Below are positions 5,291 to 13,772 of a DNA stretch of 18,248 nt, piece after piece. The position numbers were made by a program, and so were the translations under genes. Position 1 is the first letter of the stretch. Each line of letters opens with the position of its first letter. Origin of the DNA: a virus; the IMG/VR virus record IMGVR_UViG_3300045988_132161, positions 1 to 18,248 of that record; one strand, 5' to 3'. Below the pieces are notes generated by a model. That model was given only the letters and a program-made list of their open reading frames with translations. It was not told the origin of the DNA and searched no databases.

Positions 5291-7033
5291 ATGTCTAATA
5301 TTCGACCGTTGGCCGGCAAGGGTGACGTTGAGATTTTCAATGCCGTGCGTGCCGAAACCAGCCCCCAGTTTCAGATGCGCATTCCGTCGGCCACGCAAGG
5401 CAACCTTCGCAGGGCCGTGGATACCATGCGCGGCTTCCCGTACCTGCGCGACGAGTTCACGGGAGTGCTGATCCAGCGTCTCATCGGACTGTACGTCCAG
5501 CATGCGGACTGGGATGATCCGCTCAAGCTTGTCGGCTCCCCACGGACCTTGAAGCGCTATGGCAGCACGTATGAGCAGGCCGCCGTCGGCTTGGTCAAGG
5601 CACGCACCCGCAATTTCAATCAGGAATATCTGGGCGATGACGTCTATGGCCGTTATTCGCTGCCGACCGCAAGCGTCTTCCATCCTCTCACGTTCGACCA
5701 TTACTATCCCGTCACGATCCCGGAGGATGCGCTGCTGACCGCATTCGACGGCGAGTCCGGCATGTCGGAGTACATCGCCGAGATTATGAACGCCCCCATC
5801 CTGTCGGATAGGAACGACATGTATCTCATGAAGACGCAGTGCTTCGCGGAATACGCCCGCAAGGGCGGCTTCTATCGCGTGCACACGCCGGACGTGGGCA
5901 AGGCCGATTCGACCGAAGCCGATGCGAAGGGCCTGTTGCGTCTCATCCAGCAGAAGGCCAACGAGCTGAAGTCCCTTCCGATGAGTGCGATGGGCAGGTA
6001 TAATGCCATGAGCTGGGTGACGCCGTGGCGTGATTCCGAAGCGATCCTCTTCGCCACCCCGCAGGTGATCGCCGCATTGAACGTGGAGGCGTTGGCCGCG
6101 GCGTTCAACATCGATCGGGCCAACGTGCCGTATCGTATCATCCCGATTCCGGAGGACATGTTCGGCATCGGCGGCGCGGCGGGCAAGGTGCAGGCCGTGC
6201 TCACCACCGAAGACTTCTTCTTCTGTTGGGATGAAATGCTCGAAACCACGAATTCGCCGGTCAATCCGATTGACGGCACCCGCAACATCTTCTTCAAGCA
6301 TCGTGGTTCCGTCACTCCGAACCCGTTCGCGAACGCGATCCTGTTCTGGACGGGCGAAGGCTCTTCCGAATCCGTCGTCCTGCCGGACACGCTCACCGTT
6401 TCCAAGCCGAAGTTCGCGTTGCGTGTCAGGAAGTACGGCCAGCCTGCCGTCACCCCGCAGGACGTGTCGCGTGGCGACCTGGTGCAGGTCGAGTCCGTCA
6501 TTTCCAGCGCCAACAAGGATACGGCATCCTTCCAGCCGGTCGGCGTCGAATACGCGTTGGAGGGCGCGACCTCCCAGTTCACTTCGATCGACAATGACGG
6601 CATCCTCAGGTGCGGTTTGGACGAAACCGCCGAAAGCCTCAAGGTCACCGCGCAGGCGACCTATGTCGATCCGGCGACTCCGGAGATTGATCAGGCCGTT
6701 TCCGCCGCGCTCGACGTGCCCGTCGTCGGCACTTGGGTCGGCGGCATCAAGGTCGGCGCACTGTCCGGACTGACCGTTTCCGGCCCCGATGATGTGAAGG
6801 TTTCCGGATCCGTCAAGCTCACCGCCTTGGCTCTCATGGCGGACGGGTCGAAGCGGGATGTGAGCAATCTTGCCGACTGGAATGTCGACGCGAACGCTAC
6901 GGTCGACAAGACGGGCAAGCTGACGGGCGCTGCCGTCGGCGACGCGAAGGTGACCGTCAGGTTCGCCGGAGCGGTCGGCGAAAAGACCGTGAAGGTTTCC
7001 GCCGGCGAAAAGACCGTGAAGGTTTCCGCCTGA
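5291..7033 (+). CDS. Major capsid protein (phi29 gp8-like) with Ig-like (Big_2-type) C-terminal domains
   Basis: 580 aa, SD TAGGAG upstream. [22 protein letters not shown] matches phi29 [38 protein letters not shown] matches phi29 LDVDVLAKAFNMNRTD. The C-terminus [53 protein letters not shown] is a typical Big_2 pattern. Confidence 0.9.
   Translation: [580 protein letters not shown]
6977..7030 (+). repeat. Perfect 27-bp tandem duplication at the 3' end of the capsid gene
   Basis: GGCGAAAAGACCGTGAAGGTTTCCGCC occurs at 6977..7003 and again at 7004..7030. It is in frame and gives [18 protein letters not shown] followed by the stop. Confidence 0.95.
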
Positions 7034-7054
7034 GAAGGTGTCGGAGAGTAGAAT

Positions 7055-7092
7055 GGGCATGGGGGTGACCCTCATGCCCGTTCTTGTTGTTT
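7055..7092 (+). terminator. Rho-independent terminator or attenuator after the capsid gene
   Basis: GGGCATGGGGG, loop tga, CCCTCATGCCC: an 11-bp stem with one G-U pair, followed by GTTCTTGTTGTTT. Confidence 0.65.
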
Positions 7093-7102
7093 AGGAGGTT
7101 TT

Positions 7103-9334
7103 ATGACGGCCAATGATCTGCCCATCAACTTCAGTTACGCGAAATGGACGCCGAACACCCGCTTCAAATTGTGCAATGTCCCTTGGGATATGGGGTATCG
7201 GGATATCGTCACATGGGATAGGCAGCGGCAGGAAGCGTATTTCGACGGGTTGGACGGCATCGAATTCACCGGCTGCACCATGGCGAAATACGGGCTGCCG
7301 GTACGGTTGCCGGTGCCGTTCGCGCAGGCGTCGCGATACAATTATCTCATCGCATCGAACGAGTATGGTTTCGATACTCCTCGCAGCTGGTATTATTTCG
7401 TGCAATCCTGCGATTACGTGAACGCCGGCACCACGCAGTTGAACATCCAATTGGACGTGTGGCAGTCCTTTCAGCATGACGTGACGTTCGGCACCGCCTA
7501 TGTGGAAAGGGGGCATGTCGGCGTCGCCAACGAACGTCAGATGGACGATTACGGTCGTGGAACGCTCGACCTGCCGGAAGGATTGGATGCCGGCAAGACG
7601 CTGATCAACGCGACCACGGCGTACATGCCGCTCGCCACGGTGGAAGACGGGCGTGTGGCCTGCGGTGTGATCATCGTATCCACCACGGACCTTACCGTCG
7701 ATCCGGGGGATCAGACCAATCCGAAGACCACCACCGCAAGCGGGTCCATATTCGAAAACCAGTATAATGGCACGCAATTGATCTATCTTACGTCCGTGGA
7801 CGACTTGCAGACCGTGTTCGCCCTGGGTGCGAACTATCCGTGGGTCACCCAAGGCATTTGCGGCATTTACGCGGTACCGCGGCTGCCTGAAGGCCTGTTG
7901 CGCAATCAGGGGGAGTATGGGAAACTGTTCGGCAAGGAAGTGAAGGGATTGAAAGGCAGGATCGTCCACTTGTATCAGAATACCGTCCACGGCCGGGACC
8001 GGTATTCGGATGTCATGGTCGTGAAGGATTTTCGCGACAACTTCCATATCCCGCAGCGTTACCGGCATTTGAAGAAGCTGCTCACCGCCCCCTACTCCGT
8101 CGTCCAATGCTCCTGCCTGAACGGCACCAGCATCGAATATTCGCCGGAACAGATCCCATCCAAGGATCTGACGATCCGTGAAGCGTGGCAGTATGCGCCG
8201 CCGCAGCCGCGTCTGAATTTCTGGATACCGAATTACGCCGCCCAATATGCGGACCAGTGGTCGCCCCTGCCGGATGACATGGGATTGCCGTTCGATAAGG
8301 GCGACATGTTGGATGCGGCTTTCGGCATCACGAATTTCCCGACGTTCATGGCCGTCAACAATGGCAGCGCCCTCGCATTGGCCAATTCCGCCTATACGCG
8401 ACAGTATGCGCAGAAGTCGGCCGACTGGTCGTATCAGAAAACCATGATGGGCGTCAACAACGCTTACGCGCAATCGCAGATCGGCACGCAGTATGCGGGC
8501 GAAGCGAACCGGCTCGGCGCGTCCAACCGCAATTCCATGAATGCGATCAGCAATCAGGCCGCGCAGATGGCAACGGATCTGACGTTGAAGAACCTCGGGT
8601 TTTCGAACCAGATGGCGCAGCTCAATACGATCGGATCCGGCGCTCTCGGAGCCGTCGGCTCCCTTGCGACGGGCAATGTCGGCGGTGCGGCCGGAGCCGT
8701 GGCGGGAGCTGCGATCGGCGCTTGGACGAACCAGCAGACCTACAATAACGACGTAAGTTCGGCCAACCAGCAGTTGGCGAACACCCAAGCCACCAACAAC
8801 GCTTCGACGTCGCAGGCCAATGCCTATTCGCTCGCGCAGACCAACCTGTCCAACCAGCAGACCATGCAGTTCGCCGACATGAACCGCCGGCTGGCGCAGG
8901 CCACCGCGCAAGGCGACTATGCGAACACGATCGCCGGCATCAACGCGCAAGTGCAGCAGACGCAGACCACGCCGCCGACCACGTCCGGCGCGTTGGGCGG
9001 CGACGCGTTCAACCTGGCCAACGGCATTGTCGGCGTATGCGTGAAATTCCGCCGCCTGTCCGACGCGGCCCTTAATACGATCGGCGAATTCTGGCTGAGA
9101 TACGGATACTACGTCCAACGGTTCATGCGCATGCCGGCCGGTCTCATGGCCATGAGCAATTTCACGTATTGGAAGGTTCACGAACTGTATTTGAGCAGTT
9201 CGACATGTCCTGAAGAGTTCCGGCTGACCATCAAAGGCATTTTCGAAAGCGGCGTGACGGTGTGGACGGATCCTGACAGGATCGGCGTCACCGACTATGC
9301 GGACAATGAGCCGCTGGCGGGCATCTCATACTGA
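7103..9334 (+). CDS. Tail knob / distal tail tube protein (phi29 gp9-like)
   Basis: 743 aa, SD AGGAGG upstream. SRYNYLIASNEYGFDTPRSWYYFVQSCDYVNAGTTQLNIQLDVWQSFQHDVTFGTAYVERGHV matches phi29 [60 protein letters not shown]. The C-terminus FWLRYGYYVQR...IKGIFESGVTVWTD matches phi29 FFHKYGYKINR...IRTIFDNGITLWHTD. Confidence 0.9.
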   Translation: MTANDLPINFSYAKWTPNTRFKLCNVPWDMGYRDIVTWDRQRQEAYFDGLDGIEFTGCTMAKYGLPVRLPVPFAQASRYNYLIASNEYGFDTPRSWYYFVQSCDYVNAGTTQLNIQLDVWQSFQHDVTFGTAYVERGHVGVANERQMDDYGRGTLDLPEGLDAGKTLINATTAYMPLATVEDGRVACGVIIVSTTDLTVDPGDQTNPKTTTASGSIFENQYNGTQLIYLTSVDDLQTVFALGANYPWVTQGICGIYAVPRLPEGLLRNQGEYGKLFGKEVKGLKGRIVHLYQNTVHGRDRYSDVMVVKDFRDNFHIPQRYRHLKKLLTAPYSVVQCSCLNGTSIEYSPEQIPSKDLTIREAWQYAPPQPRLNFWIPNYAAQYADQWSPLPDDMGLPFDKGDMLDAAFGITNFPTFMAVNNGSALALANSAYTRQYAQKSADWSYQKTMMGVNNAYAQSQIGTQYAGEANRLGASNRNSMNAISNQAAQMATDLTLKNLGFSNQMAQLNTIGSGALGAVGSLATGNVGGAAGAVAGAAIGAWTNQQTYNNDVSSANQQLANTQATNNASTSQANAYSLAQTNLSNQQTMQFADMNRRLAQATAQGDYANTIAGINAQVQQTQTTPPTTSGALGGDAFNLANGIVGVCVKFRRLSDAALNTIGEFWLRYGYYVQRFMRMPAGLMAMSNFTYWKVHELYLSSSTCPEEFRLTIKGIFESGVTVWTDPDRIGVTDYADNEPLAGISY

Positions 9335-9336
9335 CC

Positions 9337-9389
9337 TGTATAATGGGAGGAGCAATGAACACTCCTCCCATGATGTTAGGACGGTAATC
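9337..9389 (+). promoter_or_regulatory. Leader of the portal gene: consensus -10 TATAAT, SD-sequestering hairpin and a 10-codon uORF
   Basis: TATAAT at 9339..9344. GGGAGGAG (9345..9352) pairs with CTCCTCCC (9362..9369), leaving the uORF ATG (9355) in the loop. The uORF at 9355..9387 encodes MNTPPMMLGR, and its TAA ends 2 nt before the portal GTG. Confidence 0.45.
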
Positions 9390-10331
9390 GTGAGCAGACG
9401 CAACAATGCGCGTAAGGCCGCACATTGGGACAACCAGTCGGTGTTGGGATCCATGTGGGGCAATCTGAACCTGCCTGAAATGCGGCAGAGCCTGCGCATC
9501 AACCAGTATATGAAGCTTATCGAAATGCTGGCGGTGTCACGGTTCAAATGGGTCAACCTGCCCCCATACGTCGATGAACGGTATCTTGAATTGACGTTGT
9601 TCGAAAACGGCTTGGCCCTGTTCTTCCCGGACAAGCGTAAGGGGGTGCACCGTTTCATGGTCACGTCCGGCAATATCGGCGGCGTGAACAATTATGACAA
9701 CCCCACCAGCTTCCAGCCCGTCGCGACCGGATATTCGCATCCTCAGATCGGAAGCAAGGAGTGCGTGCCCATCTGGGACAACCAATTGCGATGCACCATG
9801 ATCGACGTCATGTGGAATTACGCCACACGGTTGGCCATCGCGGATCGTGCCCTCGACGTGAATCTCGACAACATCAGCGTGCCGTTGATCATCGCCACGT
9901 CCGAAACCAACAAGCTCACCGCACAGAATCTGATGAAGGCGCGTGAGGATGGCGACCCATACGTGTACGCCTATGATTCGGCGGATATCACCGGCATGTT
10001 CCAGACATTCCCCAACATGACCCCCTTTTTGGCGGATAAGGTCATCACCGTCAAGACGCAGATATGGAACGAGCTGGTCAACTATCTGGGGATCGACAAT
10101 TCGACGACGGAGAAAAAGGAGCGTCTGCTCGAATCGGAGGTGACCGCCGGAAACAGTCGTACGAACGTCTTCCGCCTGAGCTATCTGAAGGCCCGCCAGC
10201 AGGCGTGCGATACGATCAACCGCCTGTGGCCGCAAATGGCGGATTCGGGCAAGCCGATCGGCGTCGAATGGAACGACGTCACGACCGGCGGCCTGTTGGA
10301 CGTGGATGGAAGCAAGGAGGATGGACGATGA
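9390..10331 (+). CDS. Portal / upper collar connector protein (phi29 gp10-like)
   Basis: [23 protein letters not shown] matches phi29 [50 protein letters not shown]...[16 protein letters not shown] matches phi29 [27 protein letters not shown]...FLKSREEACEKINELY. I chose the in-frame GTG at 9390 as the start. This gives 313 aa (phi29 has 309) and a basic N-terminus SRRNNARK like phi29 MARKRSN. The upstream ATG at 9297 would overlap the knob gene by 38 nt. Confidence 0.85.
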   Translation: [313 protein letters not shown]

Positions 10332-11140
10332 CGCAGGATCTGAGCATGTACGCCGTCAAGGACAATATGGCGGATTATACGCTGACCTTGGGCAATCTGA
10401 TCGCACGCGGTTTCGACACGGATGACAAGCTGCATCTGTCCGCGCGATATTATCCGATCTTCGACGAATCATACCGGGCGAGGCTCAACGAAAAAATAGT
10501 CGCCCACTACGCCTTGCGTGAAATAGGCAGCGAAACGCCCCAGATGTTCGTGTTCTATCTGGGACGGACCATGCGCGAGCAGATGGACTATTTCAACCAG
10601 TTGTATGTCAGCGCCCGACATGAGTTCGACCCTTTCATCACTTCCGACATCAGGCAGGACATGGATTCGACCAACGTCAACGAGTCGAGCGGCCGTTCGA
10701 GCGGCACCCAGTCGAACGAATCCACCGCCCACAGCACGTCGGACACCAAGGCGGACAATTCCAGCATGACGTTCAATTCCGAGTTTCCGCAGACCCGCAT
10801 CGACGATTTTCGCAAGTTCGCCACCAGCGCGTCGCAGACCGATTCGACCGGCGACACGCATACCAGCACGCAGCAGGACAGCACGGCCACCGCAACCAGT
10901 CGAAGCAACACCGATTTTGCGCATTCGTCCGACAAGGGCAAGAGCGTCTCGCATACGCTCGGCACCAGTGGCTCGCAATCCCAGCTTCTGCAGGATTGGC
11001 GTAACACCATGCTCAACATCGACCTCATGGTCGTCAACTCGCTCGAAGACCTGTTTCTGGGCGTGTGGGGCAGCGGGGACGTCATGACCGCCGGTCGGAC
11101 GCCTTGCAACACTTCCCTCGCCTATGCTCTAGGCCATTAG
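10328..11140 (+). CDS. Lower collar protein (phi29 gp11-like)
   Basis: 270 aa. ATG at 10328 overlaps the portal stop (ATGA), with SD AAGGAGG 7 nt upstream. The N-terminal YYPIFDESYRARLNEKIVAHYALREIGSETPQMF is the pattern I associate with lower collar proteins. A Ser/Thr-rich central region follows, and the gene sits after the portal. Confidence 0.65.
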   Translation: MTQDLSMYAVKDNMADYTLTLGNLIARGFDTDDKLHLSARYYPIFDESYRARLNEKIVAHYALREIGSETPQMFVFYLGRTMREQMDYFNQLYVSARHEFDPFITSDIRQDMDSTNVNESSGRSSGTQSNESTAHSTSDTKADNSSMTFNSEFPQTRIDDFRKFATSASQTDSTGDTHTSTQQDSTATATSRSNTDFAHSSDKGKSVSHTLGTSGSQSQLLQDWRNTMLNIDLMVVNSLEDLFLGVWGSGDVMTAGRTPCNTSLAYALGH

Positions 11141-11174
11141 GCTATACTTGGATGTAGGACAGATTGGAGGACTT

Positions 11175-11696
11175 ATGGATGGGATCAATCGACGCCCAAC
11201 CCCTGTGGACATCGATCCGCGGCAACGGTATTTCACTACCGTGCAGCCATTCAGCTATCGTGATACGCTGACGGCGCTCGGATACATTCAGGAGGTCGCC
11301 TCGCATGTCGACGAACTCAGGGAGCAGCTTGGCAATCTCGCCAAGGATGAGCATGCGGACATCGAAGCGATCAATGGGATTCTCGCGCGGATCGAAACGT
11401 GGCAGGATGCCGTCGACGGCACGTTGGATGATCTGACGGCGAAACTGGACCAATATCAGGCGTCGGCGTTGACGTACGATCCGACCACGGGCCGGTACGG
11501 GGATTCGAAGACCACGGATCGTAACATGTATCGGGAGCTCGCCGTGTTCGGGGCACGCGTGGACCAGATGGCGTCCATGACGGCCGCCGAAGCCGCGAAC
11601 CATGATTGCATCACGTGGGCGGTCTTGGGCAATCGGGAGATTTTCGGCGATGACGAGCCGCGGGTGACGCCGCGGGAAAGGACGGGACGGCGGTGA
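11175..11696 (+). CDS. Hypothetical structural protein (173 aa, coiled-coil-like)
   Basis: In-frame ATG at 11175 follows GGAGGA (11166..11171). The track start at 11148 is a TTG. The gene lies between the collar and fibre genes. I recognise no family. Confidence 0.55.
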   Translation: MDGINRRPTPVDIDPRQRYFTTVQPFSYRDTLTALGYIQEVASHVDELREQLGNLAKDEHADIEAINGILARIETWQDAVDGTLDDLTAKLDQYQASALTYDPTTGRYGDSKTTDRNMYRELAVFGARVDQMASMTAAEAANHDCITWAVLGNREIFGDDEPRVTPRERTGRR

Positions 11697-11860
11697 ACGA
11701 CGACAGGTACGGCAGGACGCGGCATCTCGGCCTGCCATTGTATATGGACGATACTCCCATGGACTTGCGTGACGGATATAATGCGGCCATGAGAATGTTG
11801 GATCTGAAAATCAACCAATTGGAAACGCTCATCCGCGAAACCGAAGGAGTGAATCAATGA
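11693..11860 (+). CDS. Small protein (55 aa) paralogous to the N-terminus of the downstream fibre
   Basis: Hand-translated as VNDDRYGRTRHLGLPLYMDDTPMDLRDGYNAAMRMLDLKINQLETLIRETEGVNQ. The GTG start overlaps the upstream stop (GTGA) and its stop overlaps the fibre ATG (ATGA). It shares 16 of 37 positions with fibre residues 10..46 (NYGLNLYGDKDPADLRDGYNDSMHTIDETLKNHLDKI). Confidence 0.45.
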   Translation: MNDDRYGRTRHLGLPLYMDDTPMDLRDGYNAAMRMLDLKINQLETLIRETEGVNQ

Positions 11861-13662
11861 GCACCATATACGACAAGACCGACAATTACGGGTTGAACCT
11901 GTACGGTGACAAGGATCCCGCCGACCTGAGGGACGGCTATAACGATTCCATGCATACCATTGACGAGACGCTCAAAAACCATCTCGACAAGATCGACGGC
12001 GTGTCCCACACCGTTACGGACGCCGTCCAGAAGCAGGATGCGAAGATCGCGCTGAAGGCCGACAGGACCTACGTCGACGAACAGGACCGGACTCTTCAAG
12101 CAGCCATCGACGAACAGGATCGGAACCTTCAGACGGCCATCGACGGGAAGGCCGACAGGACCTACGTGGATGGCATGCTGGAAGGCAAGGCGGACTCCGC
12201 TCTCGTATATTCGAAGCATGATGTGGATTCGACTTTCGCGCTTAAGGCCGACACGTACACGAAGGAGGAAGTCGACAGGATGCAGGCCGGGCAGGATGAG
12301 GCCATCAACGCATTGAACCGGGGCGTCGACCAGGATCATAGCGTTCTCGTATCATACTTCCTGAGCCAATCCGAACGGTTGCATTACGCCGTATCCTCGG
12401 ATGGCGTCAACTTCGGACACCCGTACATCCGGGATAACGATGAGGGGGAGACGGTCCGCGACCCGTCATGCGTGTACGTGGACGGGCAAGTGTATTTCTG
12501 TTGGACACGTCCCACCGAAGCCGGCGGCGGCGCGTTCGGCAAGACGGACACGATAGGCATAGCCCAATTGAATCCTACGACCGGGGACATCGTACGCCGG
12601 ATCATCACGCCGGGCGTGCCTGGAACCTCGAACCTGTGGGCGCCCGACTTCTATCTGGAAGATTCGACGCTTCATATCATCTTCTCCGTCAAGACCGCCA
12701 CGCAGGACTTCCAGCCGTATGAGATTCATTCGACCGGCAACTATGCCGATCCATCATCATGGTCGACTCCGGTCGCCTTGGGCATCGCACCGTACGGCGG
12801 CATCGACCACCATATCATCAAGGATGACGCCGGAACGTATCATGACCTTTCGGCGGATGGGTCCGTCATTTCCGAACGGCACAGCAGGACCCTTATCGGA
12901 GGATGGAGCGGCAGGACGACCGTCGACAAGAACTGGCGTTATCTCGAAGCGCCCGCCTCCTATCGTCTCGCGAACGGCCGGTGGAGGGTGTTCTTCGACG
13001 GGGGCGGACTTCAGGGAGACTATAATCCCGGTTCGAACCTTCGGGAGAACGATGGCCTCATGTTCTACTGCGACTTCAGCAACGACCTTTCCACGCACGG
13101 GCCTCTCCACCCGGTCCCCACGGCCATGAGGCACTGCGGGCTCACGCTCATCCCCAACGATTACCTGGCCACGCAGGCACGTCTCGAAGTGGGGTCCGGG
13201 ATCGGCGGAGCCTACCTGTATAATTCCGTCGACATTCCGGTGGGGCTTGATTCCGCCGGGAAGAACGTTCGTGCGCTGTTCAACAGGTTCGAAGGGTTCG
13301 GAGGACTCCAGAACACCGGATTCGGAGGAAGCCATAACACCACCGAAGGGTTCATCGTAGGAAACTCGGGACTGTATGTGCTTGCCGCTTCCGTCTCATA
13401 CAAGTGCACGGCGCCTAAGACGTGGATCAACGCGCAGATCACCTGCTATCCGCAACGTGACTTCAAGAACGCGAGGAATCTGGGCATTGGCGCACAAGGA
13501 TTCTCGGCTCCCGACGACGACACGATCACTACCGTGGTATTGCCGGCGACGCTGGTGTACCTCCATGCCAACGATCAGATTCAGATCAAGATGTTCGGCA
13601 GGGACGGCGCTGTGACGCAGAGGGCCAACAACTCCTATTTCACCGCGTTCAAGGTGGCTTGA
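11857..13662 (+). CDS. Tail fibre / appendage (receptor-binding protein) with a GH43-like beta-propeller and a C1q/TNF-like C-terminal domain
   Basis: 601 aa, SD GAAGGAG upstream. N-terminal anchor motif YGLNLYGDKDPADLRDGYN. Shaft repeats KADRTYVDEQDRTLQAAIDEQDRNLQTAIDGKADRTYVD. Propeller-type motifs are VRDPSCVYVDGQVYF, LWAPDFYLEDSTLHIIFS, GIDHHIIKDDAGTYH and YLEAPASYRLANGRWRVFF. The C-terminal ~155 aa (GFIVGNSGLYVLAASVSY...LVYLHANDQIQIKMF...SYFTAFKV) has a jelly-roll, C1q-like pattern. Confidence 0.7.
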   Translation: MSTIYDKTDNYGLNLYGDKDPADLRDGYNDSMHTIDETLKNHLDKIDGVSHTVTDAVQKQDAKIALKADRTYVDEQDRTLQAAIDEQDRNLQTAIDGKADRTYVDGMLEGKADSALVYSKHDVDSTFALKADTYTKEEVDRMQAGQDEAINALNRGVDQDHSVLVSYFLSQSERLHYAVSSDGVNFGHPYIRDNDEGETVRDPSCVYVDGQVYFCWTRPTEAGGGAFGKTDTIGIAQLNPTTGDIVRRIITPGVPGTSNLWAPDFYLEDSTLHIIFSVKTATQDFQPYEIHSTGNYADPSSWSTPVALGIAPYGGIDHHIIKDDAGTYHDLSADGSVISERHSRTLIGGWSGRTTVDKNWRYLEAPASYRLANGRWRVFFDGGGLQGDYNPGSNLRENDGLMFYCDFSNDLSTHGPLHPVPTAMRHCGLTLIPNDYLATQARLEVGSGIGGAYLYNSVDIPVGLDSAGKNVRALFNRFEGFGGLQNTGFGGSHNTTEGFIVGNSGLYVLAASVSYKCTAPKTWINAQITCYPQRDFKNARNLGIGAQGFSAPDDDTITTVVLPATLVYLHANDQIQIKMFGRDGAVTQRANNSYFTAFKVA

Positions 13663-13725
13663 GTCCGACCGGCGGCCTATGGGCGTCCGGTCGGGCGAAT
13701 ACGGCATGTGACGGCAATGGTGGAC

Positions 13726-13750
13726 GGAACCCCTTAAGACGAGGGGTTCC
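13726..13750 (+). terminator. Hairpin in the fibre-lysin intergenic region (weak terminator candidate)
   Basis: GGAACCCCT, loop ttaagacg, AGGGGTTCC: a 9-bp stem followed by ATCCTATT, a poor U tract. A second hairpin, CCGACCGG (13665..13672) with CCGGTCGG (13687..13694), lies upstream. Confidence 0.3.
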
Positions 13751-13772
13751 ATCCTATTCGGAGAGTGGTACG

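Noticed and set aside
5072-9181. Very long minus-strand ORFs (5072..7075, 667 aa; 7091..9181, 696 aa), along with 3333..4379, 9537..10235 and similar.
   Set aside because: They lie antisense to genes with clear homology (capsid, knob, DNAP, portal). Their products are Arg/Gly/His-rich and low in complexity, as is typical of the reverse frame of GC-rich coding DNA. They have no SD sites.
9297-9389. ATG at 9297 as the portal start, as given by the ORF track.
   Set aside because: It would overlap the knob gene by 38 nt and add about 31 residues with no counterpart in phi29 gp10. It also lacks an SD. GTG at 9390 gives the expected length and a basic N-terminus. This remains uncertain, so N-terminal sequencing would settle it.
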